From Trueperaceae bacterium (lineage in GTDB: Bacteria; Deinococcota; Deinococci; Deinococcales; Trueperaceae), in assembly GCA_034521815.1 (NCBI GenBank), contig JAXHLW010000013.1, positions 1,600,001-1,664,000 on the forward strand: 64,000 nucleotides of DNA. Reading direction: 5' to 3'. Position 1 is the stretch's first letter; each line of letters begins with the position of its first letter. Of the stretch, positions 41,674 through 55,100 are shown in pieces. A model generated the notes under the pieces. It ran no database searches. It was given only the letters and a program-made list of their open reading frames with translations, and was not told the DNA's origin. The position numbers and the translations under genes were made by a program.

Positions 41674-41955
41674 GTCGTACCTCTCTCCCCGGCCGTCGCC
41701 GGCCCTTCGAGCGTTCCTTGCGTGCCTCCAGCATGGCACGCTCGGCGTGGTCTTCGGTGCACGGCCGCCGACGGACCGTGTGGGATATCGACCGACAAGC
41801 GGCCGAACGAGGCGTGGTGTCCTTAGGTCGGCCCCGGGCGCGGATCACTCCGCGACGATGGGCCGTCGGTCCCCGTGGCGTCCCCCGGCAGCCCGCAGCC
41901 ACGGGGGCCGTCGTTTGTCGACGCACCGCGTGGACGGTGCGTGACCACGATTCGA

Positions 41956-42357
41956 TCAGCGTTCTCGCGGAGCGTCCTGAGGGGACGACGTGCGCAGCGT
42001 CGCGGTCAGGCGCGACGCCAGTCGCAACGGCGCGCCGGCATCGCGGGGCGCCTCGCCTCCAGGCCGCGTCCCGGACAGGGCACGGACCCCGAAAGGAAGA
42101 GGCCCGCCGTCCACGGTGAACCCGTACACCTGCAGCGTGTCGCGGGTCAGGCCGAAGCTTTCGATCAGCTCCATCAGCTCGTCCGTGCCGGATCGGTCCA
42201 CCGCCAGCACCAGCGCCGAGGGTCGGCCCAGCCGCGCGACACGCCCCGCCGCACGCACGTACGCCTCGATGCCGATTCCGCGCAGCGCCCGCGCCAGACG
42301 AAGGGCGGGGGCTCGGGCAGGACCGCCGGGATCTCCGTACACCACAAAGACGGTCAT
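41956..42357 (-). CDS. Hypothetical protein
   Basis: ATG after GGGAGAGAGG RBS, MTVFVVYGDPGG...; no family recognised. Confidence 0.55.
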   Translation of the reverse strand: MTVFVVYGDPGGPARAPALRLARALRGIGIEAYVRAAGRVARLGRPSALVLAVDRSGTDELMELIESFGLTRDTLQVYGFTVDGGPLPFGVRALSGTRPGGEAPRDAGAPLRLASRLTATLRTSSPQDAPRER

Positions 42358-42636
42358 GGCGACCTCTCTCCCCGGACGCCCCCCTCTCGCGAACCCGTTC
42401 GGCGACCGTTGACGCGACGGTAGCCGTCGAACGTGGTGCCAGCGGACGGCCCCCTCCCGACGGCGCGCGTCGGAGATCGGCCGACGGCTCGCGCCGGAGC
42501 GCGCGGCTGACGGCACCCAGGGGGCCCGGAACCCCCGTGCTACCTTGGCGCTACCGAAGCACGACGCGCGGCCGAGACGCCGCACGCTGCGGCCCGCCCC
42601 CAGGCGCCGGGACGGTCGCGATCAGGAGGTAGCGCG

Positions 42637-43482
42637 ATGAGGATCCTTCACCCCACCGACTTCTCGAAGACGGCCGAGAAGGCCCGAAGGCTGGCGCTCG
42701 CGCTGCTGCGGCTCACCGACGGCGACCTCCACATCGTGCACGTGCAGCAGCGATTCGAAGCGGACACGCAGAAGTTCCTTCGCCCCGGCATCGATACGCT
42801 CAACCCGGAGCTGGTCAGGCGCGTCGACGAGGAACGGACGGCCGAGGTCCGGCGCATCCAGGAACGGCTGCGCTACCTCTCCAGCGATGGCGGCGACTGG
42901 GAGCTGCGCTGGGGCCACCCGGTCCGCGAGCTTCTCGACGCCGAGGAAGGGTTCGACATCGTGGTCATGGGTGCGCACGGCGCCAACCGGCTGGACGCGT
43001 TCTTCCTGGGCGGCACCGCCGGGCGGCTGGTGCGCCGGAGTCGCGTTCCCGTCCTCACCGTCCGCGACGAGGCCAAGGAGCCCCAGATGCGCCGGATCCT
43101 GCTGGCGACCGACTTCGGCGACGCCAGCCGACACGCCTGGGAGACGGTCGAGCCGTGGACCCGCTACGGCATCGAGACGGTCCTGGCGCACGTCGTGGAC
43201 GACCCCCGCTACCGGAAGGACGCCGCCTACGCGAAACGCGCCGAAGAGGCGATGCGCGAGATGAGTCACGGCCACGCGGTGCAGCACGTGCTGCGCGAAG
43301 GAAACCCGATCGAGGTCCTGCCCGCGCTGGCCGAGGAGGTCGAGGCCGACGTGATCGCCGTCGGCGTCCGCCGGCACGCCGGTGCCGTCGGCCTGCTGCT
43401 GGGGAGCCGCGCGGACGCGCTGCTCAGGTCCAGCAAGGTTCCGATCCTCAGCGTTCCCTACCGTGGGGCCGCCAAGAGCTGA
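42637..43482 (+). CDS. Tandem-domain universal stress protein
   Basis: ILHPTDFS and ILLATDFG domains, GGTA/GSRA motifs. RBS AGGAGG. Confidence 0.92.
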   Translation: MRILHPTDFSKTAEKARRLALALLRLTDGDLHIVHVQQRFEADTQKFLRPGIDTLNPELVRRVDEERTAEVRRIQERLRYLSSDGGDWELRWGHPVRELLDAEEGFDIVVMGAHGANRLDAFFLGGTAGRLVRRSRVPVLTVRDEAKEPQMRRILLATDFGDASRHAWETVEPWTRYGIETVLAHVVDDPRYRKDAAYAKRAEEAMREMSHGHAVQHVLREGNPIEVLPALAEEVEADVIAVGVRRHAGAVGLLLGSRADALLRSSKVPILSVPYRGAAKS

Positions 43483-43502
43483 GCGCCCTCGACGGCCCGC
43501 GC

Positions 43503-45155
43503 TCAGCCGCCCGAGCCGTCGGCATCGAACGCGGCTTGCACCAGCGCGCGGGCCTCGTCCATCAGCCGGTCCAGGTGGTCGTCGCCCAAGAAGCTCTCGG
43601 CGTAGATCTTGTAGATGTCTTCCGTGCCCGACGGCCGGGCGGCGAACCAGCCGTTCCGCGTCGAGACCTTCAGCCCACCGATCGGGGCTCCGCCCGACGG
43701 GGCGTGGGTGAGGGTCGACTCGATCGGCTCCCCCGCGAGCTCGCGCGCGGTGACGGCGGACGCGTCGAGGTTCGCGAGCACGCGCTTCTGCGCGTCGTCG
43801 GCGGGAGCGTCCGCTCGCCGGTAGACCGGCGCGCCGTGGCGCTCCGCCAGAACGTCGTAGCGCCGGGCCGGGTTCTCGCCGGACACGGCCGTGATCTCGG
43901 CCGCCAGCAAGGCGAGGATGATCCCGTCCTTGTCGGTGGTCCACACCGTGCCGTCGCGCCGGACGAAGGAGGCGCCGGCGGACTCCTCGCCGCCGAAGCC
44001 GGTGCTGCCGTCCAGCAGCCCGTCGACGAACCACTTGAACCCGACCGGCACCTCGCGCAGCGGGCGGCCCAGGTCGTCCGCGATCCGGTCCAGGATCGAC
44101 GACGTCACCACCGTCTTGCCGATCGCGGCGTCCGGTCGCCAGCCGTCGCGGGACCGGAACAGGTAGTCGACCGCGGCGGCCAGGAAGTGATTCGGGTTCA
44201 TCAGCCCGCCACCCGCCACGATGCCGTGCCGGTCGACGTCGGGATCGTTGCCGAAGGCGACGTCGAAGCGGTCCGCCAGCTCGATCAGGCCCGCCATCGC
44301 GTAGGGCGACGAGCAGTCCATGCGCACCTTGCCGTCGCGGTCCAGCCGCATGAACGCGAAGGTCGGATCGACGCGATCGTTGACGACCTCGAGATCGAGC
44401 CCCCAGCGCTCCGCGATCCGGGGCCACATCGACGTCGCCGCGCCGCCCATCGGGTCCACGCCCAGCTTCAGCCCCGAGCCCGCGATCGCCTCCATGTCCA
44501 GAACCGCCCCGAGGTCGTCGATGTACGGTCCCGCCAGGTCCAGACGCTGCGTGGCGCTTGCCCGCAACGCCCGTGCGAACGGAACCCGCTCGATCGCCTC
44601 GACCCCCGACGCGAGCAGCTCGTTCGCGCGGGCCTCGATCCGCTTGGTGAGCTCGGTGCCGGCCGGCCCGCCGTGCGGCGGGTTGTACTTCAGCCCGCCG
44701 TCGCGTGGCGGGTTGTGCGACGGCGTGATCACCACGCCGTCCGCCCGCGGCGAGCCCGCCGCGGCGTTGCGCGTCAGGATCGCGTGCGACACGACGGGCG
44801 TGGGGACGTAGCCCAGATCGGCGTCCAGCACGACCGACACCCCGGCGGCGGCGAACACCTCCAGCGCGGTGCGAAGCGCGGGCTCGGAGAGCGCGTGGGT
44901 GTCCGCGCCCAGCACCAGGGGACCGTCCGTTCCCTGCTCGCTGCGCACGTCGGCGACGGCGCGAGCGATCGCAGCCACGTGGGCGTCGTTGAACGACCGA
45001 TCCAGCGAGCTGCCGCGGTGGCCCGACGTGCCGAACGCCACCCGTTGCCCGGGGTCGTCCGGATCGGGTGCGTCGGTGTAGTACGCGGCGACGAGGCGGG
45101 GGACGTTCACGAGACGATCGTGCGGGACGGGCCGCCCGGCGAGGGGGTCGGACAT
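43503..45155 (-). CDS. pgm: Phosphoglucomutase (alpha-D-glucose-1,6-bisphosphate dependent)
   Basis: [36 protein letters not shown]. Confidence 0.96.
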   Translation of the reverse strand: MSDPLAGRPVPHDRLVNVPRLVAAYYTDAPDPDDPGQRVAFGTSGHRGSSLDRSFNDAHVAAIARAVADVRSEQGTDGPLVLGADTHALSEPALRTALEVFAAAGVSVVLDADLGYVPTPVVSHAILTRNAAAGSPRADGVVITPSHNPPRDGGLKYNPPHGGPAGTELTKRIEARANELLASGVEAIERVPFARALRASATQRLDLAGPYIDDLGAVLDMEAIAGSGLKLGVDPMGGAATSMWPRIAERWGLDLEVVNDRVDPTFAFMRLDRDGKVRMDCSSPYAMAGLIELADRFDVAFGNDPDVDRHGIVAGGGLMNPNHFLAAAVDYLFRSRDGWRPDAAIGKTVVTSSILDRIADDLGRPLREVPVGFKWFVDGLLDGSTGFGGEESAGASFVRRDGTVWTTDKDGIILALLAAEITAVSGENPARRYDVLAERHGAPVYRRADAPADDAQKRVLANLDASAVTARELAGEPIESTLTHAPSGGAPIGGLKVSTRNGWFAARPSGTEDIYKIYAESFLGDDHLDRLMDEARALVQAAFDADGSGG

Positions 45156-45385
45156 GGGTACCTCCTGCCCGGAGCGTAGCAGGCGCTCGTGTCGCCGAGA
45201 CGCGCCCGGCTCCCGGGCGTCCGTGCTATTCTCGCGCGGTCCCGGAGTGGGCTCGCCGCGATTCCGTCGCCGTCCCGAACAGGCTCCGATCACCCGATAC
45301 GGTCCCCCGCGCGCTGGCTCCGACGCCCGTCCCTTTGGGCGGTGCCCCTCCTTGCCGCCCGCGGTCGACGAAAGCGAGGCCAGAC

Positions 45386-46813
<1,428 letters not shown>

Positions 46814-46837
46814 GTCGGCTGGAATGAGTCGGCTGGA

Positions 46838-47710
46838 ATGAAACGGTCCGGACGGCCACGCCTGCCTTGGTGGGCGTGGCCGTCCGTGCTCGCCCTGGAC
46901 GCCCCCGCCGTCGCGATCGCCTGGAGCTGGGCCCTCGCCGACGCTGCGGGGGCGTCGTTCACGGGGGTCGAGGCGGCGGTGGTCGGTCTGGCGACCGCCT
47001 CGGTCTACCTGCTGGACCGTCGCCTGGACGTCGCGACGATTCTGCGCATGCCGTCGGCGCCGCTGCGGCACGTCTGGGTCGCGGCCCACCGTCGCGCGGT
47101 CACGGCCGTGGCGGCCGCGACGGCGATCGCGACGGCGCTCCTGGCCCTCCTCCTCCCCTGGCGCGAGATCGCCTGGGGCGTGATGGTCGCGGCGGCGGCC
47201 CTGCTCCTCCTGCTGGGCCCGAAGCTCCAGGCGCGGCACGGGGCGCGAGACGGGTCGCGGGTCGAGGCGCGCGGTGGGCGCCGGCGTCGCTCGCGCCTTC
47301 GACCGCTGGCGGTGGGCGTCGTGTTCGCCGCCGGCGTCGCGCTTCCCGCCGTCGACGGCGTGCTGGCGACGGTGGTCCCGTCGGCCGTCCTGCTGGCGGC
47401 GCTGGTGGCGCTGAACGTGACCCTCATCGCCGCCTGGGAGTCCGGACTGGACGACGGCCGCGGAGAGGTCGGTCCTGCACGGTCGGACGGGGGCCGGGCC
47501 CGCGCAGCGCGCGTCGCCACGGCGTGCGCTCTGGCGCTGGCCGCGTGGGCCGCGCGTCCATGGCTGGCGGAGCTGGGGTCGGCGCTGGCGCTGGGGGCTC
47601 TCGTGCTGGCGCTGCTGGAGCTGCTGGGACGTCGCTGGCCGTCCGAGCTCCGGCATCTCGCCGCGGACGCGGCCTTGCTCGTGGCGCTTCTCCCCGTGGT
47701 GGGCGCCTGA
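46838..47710 (+). CDS. Hypothetical membrane protein (weakly UbiA-like)
   Basis: Multi-TM, YLLDRRLD motif. Confidence 0.6.
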   Translation: MKRSGRPRLPWWAWPSVLALDAPAVAIAWSWALADAAGASFTGVEAAVVGLATASVYLLDRRLDVATILRMPSAPLRHVWVAAHRRAVTAVAAATAIATALLALLLPWREIAWGVMVAAAALLLLLGPKLQARHGARDGSRVEARGGRRRRSRLRPLAVGVVFAAGVALPAVDGVLATVVPSAVLLAALVALNVTLIAAWESGLDDGRGEVGPARSDGGRARAARVATACALALAAWAARPWLAELGSALALGALVLALLELLGRRWPSELRHLAADAALLVALLPVVGA

Positions 47711-47768
47711 CGGCGCGGCGTCCCGGGTCGAGCTGCGACCGGCCGGCCACGAACCCGATCGATACGCT

Positions 47769-47795
47769 TTCAGAATAGTTCATGTTTCTGAACGA
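47769..47795. promoter_or_regulatory. AT-rich inverted repeats, probable MarR operator
   Basis: TTCAGAA-N10-TTCTGAA overlapping GTTCA-N6-TGAAC immediately upstream of the marR-RND operon. Confidence 0.55.
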
Positions 47796-47807
47796 CTGTA
47801 GTCCACC

Positions 47808-48365
47808 ATGCCGACCCCTCGCTCGAGCCCGAGGATGATGACGGGCGTGATTCGTGCCGACCCCTCCGATCCGAGCGAGCGTCCAGGTTCCGGCGACGCC
47901 AGCCCCGACGCCGGCCCCGACCACGGCCCCGACCACGGCTCCGACCCCCGTGACGACCTGCTCCACGAGCTCAGCGCGCTGACGCTGCCGATGATGTGGG
48001 CGCTGCGCCAGGCGGCGGTCCGCGCGCTCGAGCCCCTCGGCATCCGGCCGATCAAAGGCCTGGTGCTGGGCCTCGTCGTGGGCGGAACCTCCTCGCCCAA
48101 GGAGCTCACCGAGCTGCTGGACACCGCTCCGCCGATGATGTCCAGCCTGCTGGCCGACCTCGAGGAGCGCGGTCTGATCGTCCGCGAGCTCGACCCCAGC
48201 GACCGTCGTCGCGTGCGTATCCGACCCACCGCCGAAGGCGTCGCGATGACCGAGCGCATCACCGACTTCTGGGTCGAGGCCGGCCGCGAAAGCCTGCACG
48301 AGCTGTCCGACGACGACCTCCGACACCTCATCACGGTGTACCGGACGATCGTGGGGACGCCGTGA
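47808..48365 (+). CDS. MarR family regulator
   Basis: LEERGLI.R, DPSDRRR, PTAEG. Confidence 0.9.
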   Translation: MPTPRSSPRMMTGVIRADPSDPSERPGSGDASPDAGPDHGPDHGSDPRDDLLHELSALTLPMMWALRQAAVRALEPLGIRPIKGLVLGLVVGGTSSPKELTELLDTAPPMMSSLLADLEERGLIVRELDPSDRRRVRIRPTAEGVAMTERITDFWVEAGRESLHELSDDDLRHLITVYRTIVGTP

Positions 48366-49811
48366 TCCGCGCCGTGGAACGCCGTCGCATCGCCCGGTCG
48401 CTGGCCACCTTGCTTCTGCTGGCGGGAACGGCCTGGGTGGGAACGGCCTGGGCGCAGACGGACGGCGCAGCCGACCCGCCTTCGACCGACCTCGGCCCAG
48501 GCGTCCTGGCCCCGACGGTGGCCCAGCTGCTCGCCGGCATCGACGATCATCCCGCCCTGAGAGCCGCCCGCAGGTCGGTCGACGCCGCCCGGGCGGAGCT
48601 CGCGGCTGTCCGGTTCCCCGTCGCGCTCGAAGGCGAGGTGTCCGCGCAACGTCCGTACGCGTCGGCGACCGCAGTCCCGGGCGTGCCTCAGGACCAGGTC
48701 GACGAGCTGGTGGCCGACGTGGACTGGGTGACCAGCGCGTCGGTCCGCGCCAGGCTGCGACCGTTCCTGGTCGGCGACCTCGCCGATCTCGGTGCCCAGC
48801 GACGCATCGCCGTCGCCCGCGCGGAACGGCGCCTACGCGACACCCGGGCCGAGCTCGAAGCCGCCACGCTCCAGTCCGCAGCCGGCCTGCAGGTCGCCGA
48901 GCAGGGTGTCCGCTTGGCCGAAGCCGGCCTGTCGTTGGCGCGCGAGGCCGCCGACGCGACGGAGGTTCGTATCCGACGCGGTGCGGCCCGCGAACGCGAG
49001 GCGGAGCGCGCGGCGCTCGAGGTCGCCCGCGCGGAGGAGCGGCTCCGCGCCGCGCAGGTCGCCCGCGACCAGGCCGCAGACCGCCTGGCCGATCTGGTGG
49101 GTTCGGACCGTGTCGGAATCGAGATTTCCCTGACCGACCTTCCCGACCTGCCGGTCGCCCAGGCCGAGGACCCCGCGGTCCTCGCCGCCGCGGACGATGC
49201 CACGTTGGCCGCGGTCGCCGTCGCCTCGGCCAGCCGGGGCCTCCTCCCCACCGCCAGCGCCAGCTACGCCTGGAGCACCGACGACGGCGCGCTGAGCCTC
49301 TCGCTCGAGTCGCGGACGTTCCAGCCCACGATCGCGTACGACACGCCAGAACCGTTGGCCGAGCGCGGCCCGCTCGATCGACATCCCGCGCGACGTGGCG
49401 CAGGACGTCCGCGTCGACGCCAGCCTGACGCTCGCGCTGTCGTTCGAGCTGGGGGCGGAGGGCGTGACCGCGGTCGACGCCGCCCGGGCACGCCTGGACG
49501 CCGCCGAGGCGGCCTTGCAGCTGGCACGGACCGACGCCGACCGCGCCGCTGCGGACCGGAGCGAAGCGGTCCGTGCCGCCCGCGCCGACCTGGCGTTCGC
49601 CGGGGCCGACCTGGAGCTGGCCCGGCAGGACGCGGACGACGTCCGTCGCCGCGTCGAGCTCGGCCTGGCCACCCCTCTCGACGCCCTCCGCGCCGACCTG
49701 AGCACGCTCCAGGCCGATCTCGCGGCGCTTCAAGCCCGTCTCGATCTACTCGCAGCCCAGGTCCGCGGCTACCGCGACCTCGCCGTTCCCCTCTCGGAGG
49801 TCCTGCCGTGA
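48362..49811 (+). CDS. TolC-like outer membrane efflux protein, frameshifted at ~49350-49380
   Basis: Signal peptide and Ala-rich helical repeats. The C-terminal half (IDIPRDVAQDV...) continues in another frame to TGA 49811, overlapping the next GTG. Confidence 0.75.
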
Positions 49812-50878
49812 TCCGCACCATCGCCCTGCGCCCGCTCGTCGCTCCCCTCGCCGCTCCCCTCGTCGCTCCCTTCGCCGTCCTGCTGGCCCTGTTCGCGTCG
49901 CTCCCCGCGACCGCCGCGACCTTGCCGGAAGCGCTCCAGGCAGCCGACCAGCGGACCGGGGTCGTGACCGCCGGCCTGGATCTCGGCGACGCCGAGCGCT
50001 CGCTCGAGCGCACCGTGGCCGACCCGTCCGCGCTGCGGCTCGAGCGCCTCCAGGCCCGCCAGGGAGTCGAGCTGGCCACGGCCCAGCTCCGAGCCGCCCG
50101 GTTCGAGGCCTACACCGACATCGCGTCCGCCTACGTCCAGGTGCTCGAGGCCGAAGCCGGCCGCGCCCTGGCCGAGGACGCCGCGGCCCTTGCCCAACGA
50201 GGACTCGACATCGCCCGCATTCGCCTGGAGCGCGGGGCCGGCACCGAGCTGGACGTCCGCGACGCCGAGACCGACCTGGCCAGCGCACGCAGCGACCTGG
50301 CCTCGGCCCGCCAAGGCGAGGCGCTGGCACGGCGCTCCTTCACCAGCCTGACCGGCTTGGGCGCCGACGATCTTGCGCCCGTGCCAGGCGAGCTCCTGGC
50401 CACCGAGCTGCCGAACGAGAACGCTCTGTACGGTCGGCTCGACCAGGCGCCCACGCTGCTGCAGGCCGCGCACGGCGTCGCGCTGGCCCGAACGGCACGC
50501 GAGCTGCTCGATCCGGCCTACGCCCCGGCCCGCGACATCGAAGCGGCCGAGCTGAGCGTGACGCAGGCGCGTGAAGGCCTGGGCGAGGCCCGCCGCGGCC
50601 TCGAGCTCCAGCTGCGCAGCCTGATCGACCGCGTCGCCGCGGCACGAGACGGGCTGGCGGTCGCCCGCGACGCGCTGGACAACGCGCGCGACCGCGACGA
50701 CGTCGACCGGTCACGGCTCGAAGCCGGCCTGATCGCCGAGATCACCTACGACCAGACGCGCCTGGCGACCGCCCAGGCCCGGCTGTCGGCGATGCAGGCC
50801 CGACACGAGCTGCTGCTCGCGCTCCTGCGGCTCCAATCCGACACCGGCGTTCCGTTGGAGGGTGTCGATGGGTTCTGA
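49808..50878 (+). CDS. Second TolC-like efflux protein
   Basis: Signal peptide, helical repeats, within the RND operon. Confidence 0.75.
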   Translation: MIRTIALRPLVAPLAAPLVAPFAVLLALFASLPATAATLPEALQAADQRTGVVTAGLDLGDAERSLERTVADPSALRLERLQARQGVELATAQLRAARFEAYTDIASAYVQVLEAEAGRALAEDAAALAQRGLDIARIRLERGAGTELDVRDAETDLASARSDLASARQGEALARRSFTSLTGLGADDLAPVPGELLATELPNENALYGRLDQAPTLLQAAHGVALARTARELLDPAYAPARDIEAAELSVTQAREGLGEARRGLELQLRSLIDRVAAARDGLAVARDALDNARDRDDVDRSRLEAGLIAEITYDQTRLATAQARLSAMQARHELLLALLRLQSDTGVPLEGVDGF

Positions 50879-52178
50879 CGACCGCCCGCGACACCGTCGA
50901 TTCGCGCCCGCCGTGGTCGCTTGCGTGGTCGTGGTCGTCGCTCTGGCGTTCCTCGCCGGCTGCGGCGGCCAACAGGAGACGGCCGCCGCCCCGGGAACCA
51001 GCGCCGCGGGATCCAGCGCGGCGGCGCCCAGTGCTGCGGCGCCCGCCGCCACACCGGCGGACGACGCTCGGCTGGTCCGTACCGTGACGCCCGAGGTCGG
51101 GACGCTGCGAGCGAACCGCTCGGCCAGCGCGCGGATTCGCGCCTTGCGCGAGGCCAGCGTGGCCAGCGGCGCCTCGGCCCGCGTCACCGAGATCCTCGCC
51201 CGCCCGGGCGACGAGGTCGCCGAAGGCCAGCTGGTGATCCGGCTGGACGACGACGCGGCCGCCTTGCGGGCCGATAGCGCGCGCCTGGCGGTGCGCCAGG
51301 CCGAGATCGACCTGGAGCGCGCCCGCCGGGCCAGCGAGGAGGGCGCCTCGCAAGCGCGGGACTCGCTCAGCGCGGCCCAGTCCAACGTCCGGACCGTGCG
51401 CGACCGTGTCGCGGAGGTCCGCGCCCTCGTCGCGGCCGGCGGCGCGGCGCGCGCCGATCTGAACGCGCTCGAGACCCAGCTGGAGCAGGCCCAGGCCTCG
51501 CTGGGGCAGGCCCAGGACGCCGTCGCCCGGGCCGAGCGCAGTGAAGGCGAGGATCTCGCGCTGCTCGAGCTCCAGCTGCAGCAATCCCGCGTCCAAGCCA
51601 GGCAGGCGCAGGACGCGCTGAGCGAGACCGAGATCCGCGCGCCGTTCGCGGGTCAGGTGGTCGAGCTGTTCCTCGAGACCGGCGAGTTCGCCGGGGCCGG
51701 CCAGCCCGCGTTCCGGATGCACAGCCTGGTCGGTCGCGAAGCCGTGTTCGACGTGCCCCCTGAAGACGCCGCGCGCCTGCTGGAGCAGGGCGAGGTGTCG
51801 CTCCGCTACGCCGGGCGCGACGTGCTCGGAACCCTCGTGGCCTCCGCCAGGCCCTCGCAGCAGGCTCGCCTCGTCCAGCTCACCGCCCGCATCGATGGCG
51901 AGGACAGTCGCATCATCCCCACCGGCGCGCTGGCCGAAGTCCGCTACGACATCGCCTTGGCCGACGGCGCGCTGATTCCCTCCGGCGCCATCGCCAGCGA
52001 GTCCGGCGCGACCTGGGTCTACCTGGTCCAGGACGGCGTCGCGACCCGCACGCCCGTCGACGTCCTGGCCGAAGCGGGCGCGATGGCGGCCGTCGCAGGC
52101 ATCGACGAGACCGCCGCCGTGATCCACCCGCGGCCCCTGGACGTCCGCATCGGAACGCGGGTCCGGACCGAGCCATGA
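50868..52178 (+). CDS. RND efflux periplasmic adaptor (MFP), lipoprotein
   Basis: LAGC lipobox, GDEV..GQLVIRLD, IRAPFAG. Confidence 0.9.
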   Translation: MGSDDRPRHRRFAPAVVACVVVVVALAFLAGCGGQQETAAAPGTSAAGSSAAAPSAAAPAATPADDARLVRTVTPEVGTLRANRSASARIRALREASVASGASARVTEILARPGDEVAEGQLVIRLDDDAAALRADSARLAVRQAEIDLERARRASEEGASQARDSLSAAQSNVRTVRDRVAEVRALVAAGGAARADLNALETQLEQAQASLGQAQDAVARAERSEGEDLALLELQLQQSRVQARQAQDALSETEIRAPFAGQVVELFLETGEFAGAGQPAFRMHSLVGREAVFDVPPEDAARLLEQGEVSLRYAGRDVLGTLVASARPSQQARLVQLTARIDGEDSRIIPTGALAEVRYDIALADGALIPSGAIASESGATWVYLVQDGVATRTPVDVLAEAGAMAAVAGIDETAAVIHPRPLDVRIGTRVRTEP

Positions 52179-55100
52179 ATCCGCTGATCCGCTTCTTCGT
52201 CCGTCGCTACGTCTTCGCGATCGCCATCTTCCTGGCCGTGGCGTTCTTCGGCCTCTCGGCCGGGACGCGGCTGGGCATCGAGCTCCTACCGGAGTTCGAC
52301 ATCCCGATCGTCGCGGTGAGCACCACCTACACCGGCGCCGGCTCGCAGGAGACCGCGGAACAGCTGAGCGAGCCGATCGAGGACGCCATCGCCACGGTGC
52401 CGGGCGTGACGGACGTCAGCAGCTTCAGCGGCGAAGGGTTCAGCTTCGTCATCGCCCAGTTCGCCTCCTCGGTCGACGTCGATCAGGCGGCGATCGACGT
52501 CAAGCAGCGCGTCGACGGCATCGTCGACAGCCTGCCGGACGACGCCTCGACGCCCGTCGTCCAGAAGTTCGATCCGTCCGACCAGCCGATCCTGTCGCTG
52601 GCGGTGCAAGGGACCGGCCTGACGCTCGACAGGATCGAAGCGCTCGCGGAGGAGACGATCGAGCCGGTGCTGCAGCAGGTCGACGGCGTCGCCGACGTCG
52701 CCGTCGTCGGACCGATCGCCCGCGAGATCCAGGTGCTCGTCGACCCCGCGGCGCTCCAGTCGTACGGCCTGAGCGCCGGCCAGATCGCGTCGGCGATCGG
52801 CGCCGGATCCGCGACGCTGCCCGCCGGCTCGCTGACGGTCGGGGGCGAGCGCATCCTGTTGTCGCTCCGCGACCGCCCCGAGAGCGCAGAAGACGTCGCC
52901 GAGATGGTGGTCGACCCGGTGCGCGGCCTGCTGGTCCGCGACGTGGCCCGGATCCAGGACACGATCGCGGAGCCCAGCGCCTTCACCCGCCTGAACAACG
53001 AGCCCGTGGTGCTGCTCGAGGTCCGCAAGGTCTCGGGCGCGAACGCCGTCTCGACCGCCCGCGCGCTCAAGTCCCGACTGCGCGGCCTGGAGCTTCCCGA
53101 GGGGGTCGCCGCCACCGTCGTCGGCGACACCTCGGTGTTCGTCGAGAGCTCCGTGATCGACACCGTGCGCGAGACCGGGCTGGCGATCCTGGCGGTCGCG
53201 CTGGTGGTGCTGCTGTTCGTCGGCCGGCTCGGATCGACGTTCAGCGTGGTGCTGGCGATCCCGATCACGCTCCTGGGCGCGGTGGCGATCTTCGGGCTGC
53301 TGGGGTTCACGTTCAACACGGTCACCCTGCTGGCCATCACCGTCGCGGTGGGCCTGGTGGTCGACGATTCGATCGTCATCGCCGAGAACGTCGAGCGCTG
53401 GAGACGCAACGGTGCCGGCGCCATGGACGCCGTGTTCAAGGGCGCGGGCGAGGTGTCCGTCGCGGTGCTCAGCGCGACGCTGTCGCTGCTGGCGGTGTTC
53501 ATTCCGATCGCGTTCCTGCCCGGCCTGATCGGCCAGTTCTTCAGCCAGTTCGGCCTGTCGCTGGCCGCCACGATCTTCGTCAGCTACTTGGAGGCGATGT
53601 TCTTCCTCACGGTTCGCCTGGCGTACCTGCCCGACCCGCTACCGCCCTCCTGGTCCAGCGTCCGCGCGTCGGCCACCCGGATCCGTGCCGACCTGCGGTG
53701 GACCGTGCTCCAGTACCGCCGCCGCTGGCTGGCGGTCGTCGGTGTCGTCCTCGCCGGCGCAGGCGCGCTCGACGGCGCCCGGGGCGGCGTCCTCGCCAGC
53801 ACGCTGGGGCTCGAGGCGGGCGCCCTCGCCGCGCTGGCGCTCGGAACGCTGGGCCTGGCGGTCGCGGCGGCGCTTCCGTGGGCGCTGCTCGTCGTCGGCG
53901 TCCCGACGCGGACCCTCGCGGCCGCGCTGGGCGCGGCGCTGCGCAACGCGCACGAGGCGACCGACGCCGGCGTCCGCTGGCTGCGCGAGCGCTACGCCGT
54001 GGCGCTGAAGGCGATCCTGACGCCGCGCGCCAGCACCATCGTGCTGGTGGTCGCGGTCGCCCTGGTCGCCAGCCTGGGGTGGGTCGTCCCCCGCATCCAG
54101 TTCAACTTCGTCTCCCAGGTCGACGCCGGCGCGGTCGCGGTGACCATCGAGATGCCGCCCGGCACGCCGCTGGAGCGGACCGACGTCGTCTCTTCCACGA
54201 TCGAGCGCGCCGTGGCCGACCACCCGGCGGTCGAGAACGTCGTCGCCTCGATCGGCAGCGGCGGCCTGCTGGGGACCGACAACGCCCAGCTGGCCACCAT
54301 CACGCTGGAGCTCGTCCCGCTGGGCCAGCGAGGCCGCTCGTCGTTCGAGGTGGCGGACGACCTCCGTCCCCGCGTCGCGGCGCTGTTGGCGGACGTCGCG
54401 CCCGAGGCGGACGCGACCGTCGGCAGCGACGACGGAGGCGCCGTGCCGGTCGAGACGGGGCTGGAGCTCAGCCTCCAGGCCAGCGACCTGGACCTGCTCC
54501 GCGAGCGCGACGAGGCGGCCCGCCGCGTGATGCGCGACAGCGCATCGCTGCGCAACGTCGCCTCGTCGCTCGAGGGCTCCGTGACCGAGCGGGTGTTCGA
54601 CCTCGACCGCACGGCGCTGGCGGGGACGGGCCTGACCGCGGCCGAGATCGGCGCGACGCTCCGCACCTACAACGTCGGCACGCGGGCCGGCGACCTCGAG
54701 GCCGGCGGCGAGAACGTCGGCATCGTGGTCCGGGCCGATCCGCGCTTCATCGCCGACGAGCAGACGCTCCTCAGCCTCCCGATCTACGCCCCCGCCCTGC
54801 AGACCTGGCTGCCCCTCTCCGAGCTGGGCCGCTTCCGGGTCCAGGCGGGACCGGTCGCCATCGACCGCGCCAACCAGGCGTACGTCAGCACCTTGACCGC
54901 CGACATCGTCGACGGCGCGCCCGGCCAGTTCCAAGTCAGGAACGATATCGAGGAGGCGTTCGCGGCGGCGGGCGTTACCGACGAGCGCGTCACGGTCGGT
55001 ACCGGCGTGGGACCCGACCTGCTGGGCGACCTGGTGTTCTACGGTCCGCTGGCGTTCCTGCTGGCGATCGCGCTGAACTACCTGGTGATCGCGAGCCAGT

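Noticed and set aside
47996-50878. 960-aa fused TolC ORF
   Set aside because: Product of the frameshift near 49370 joining two separate genes that have their own GTG starts and signal peptides.
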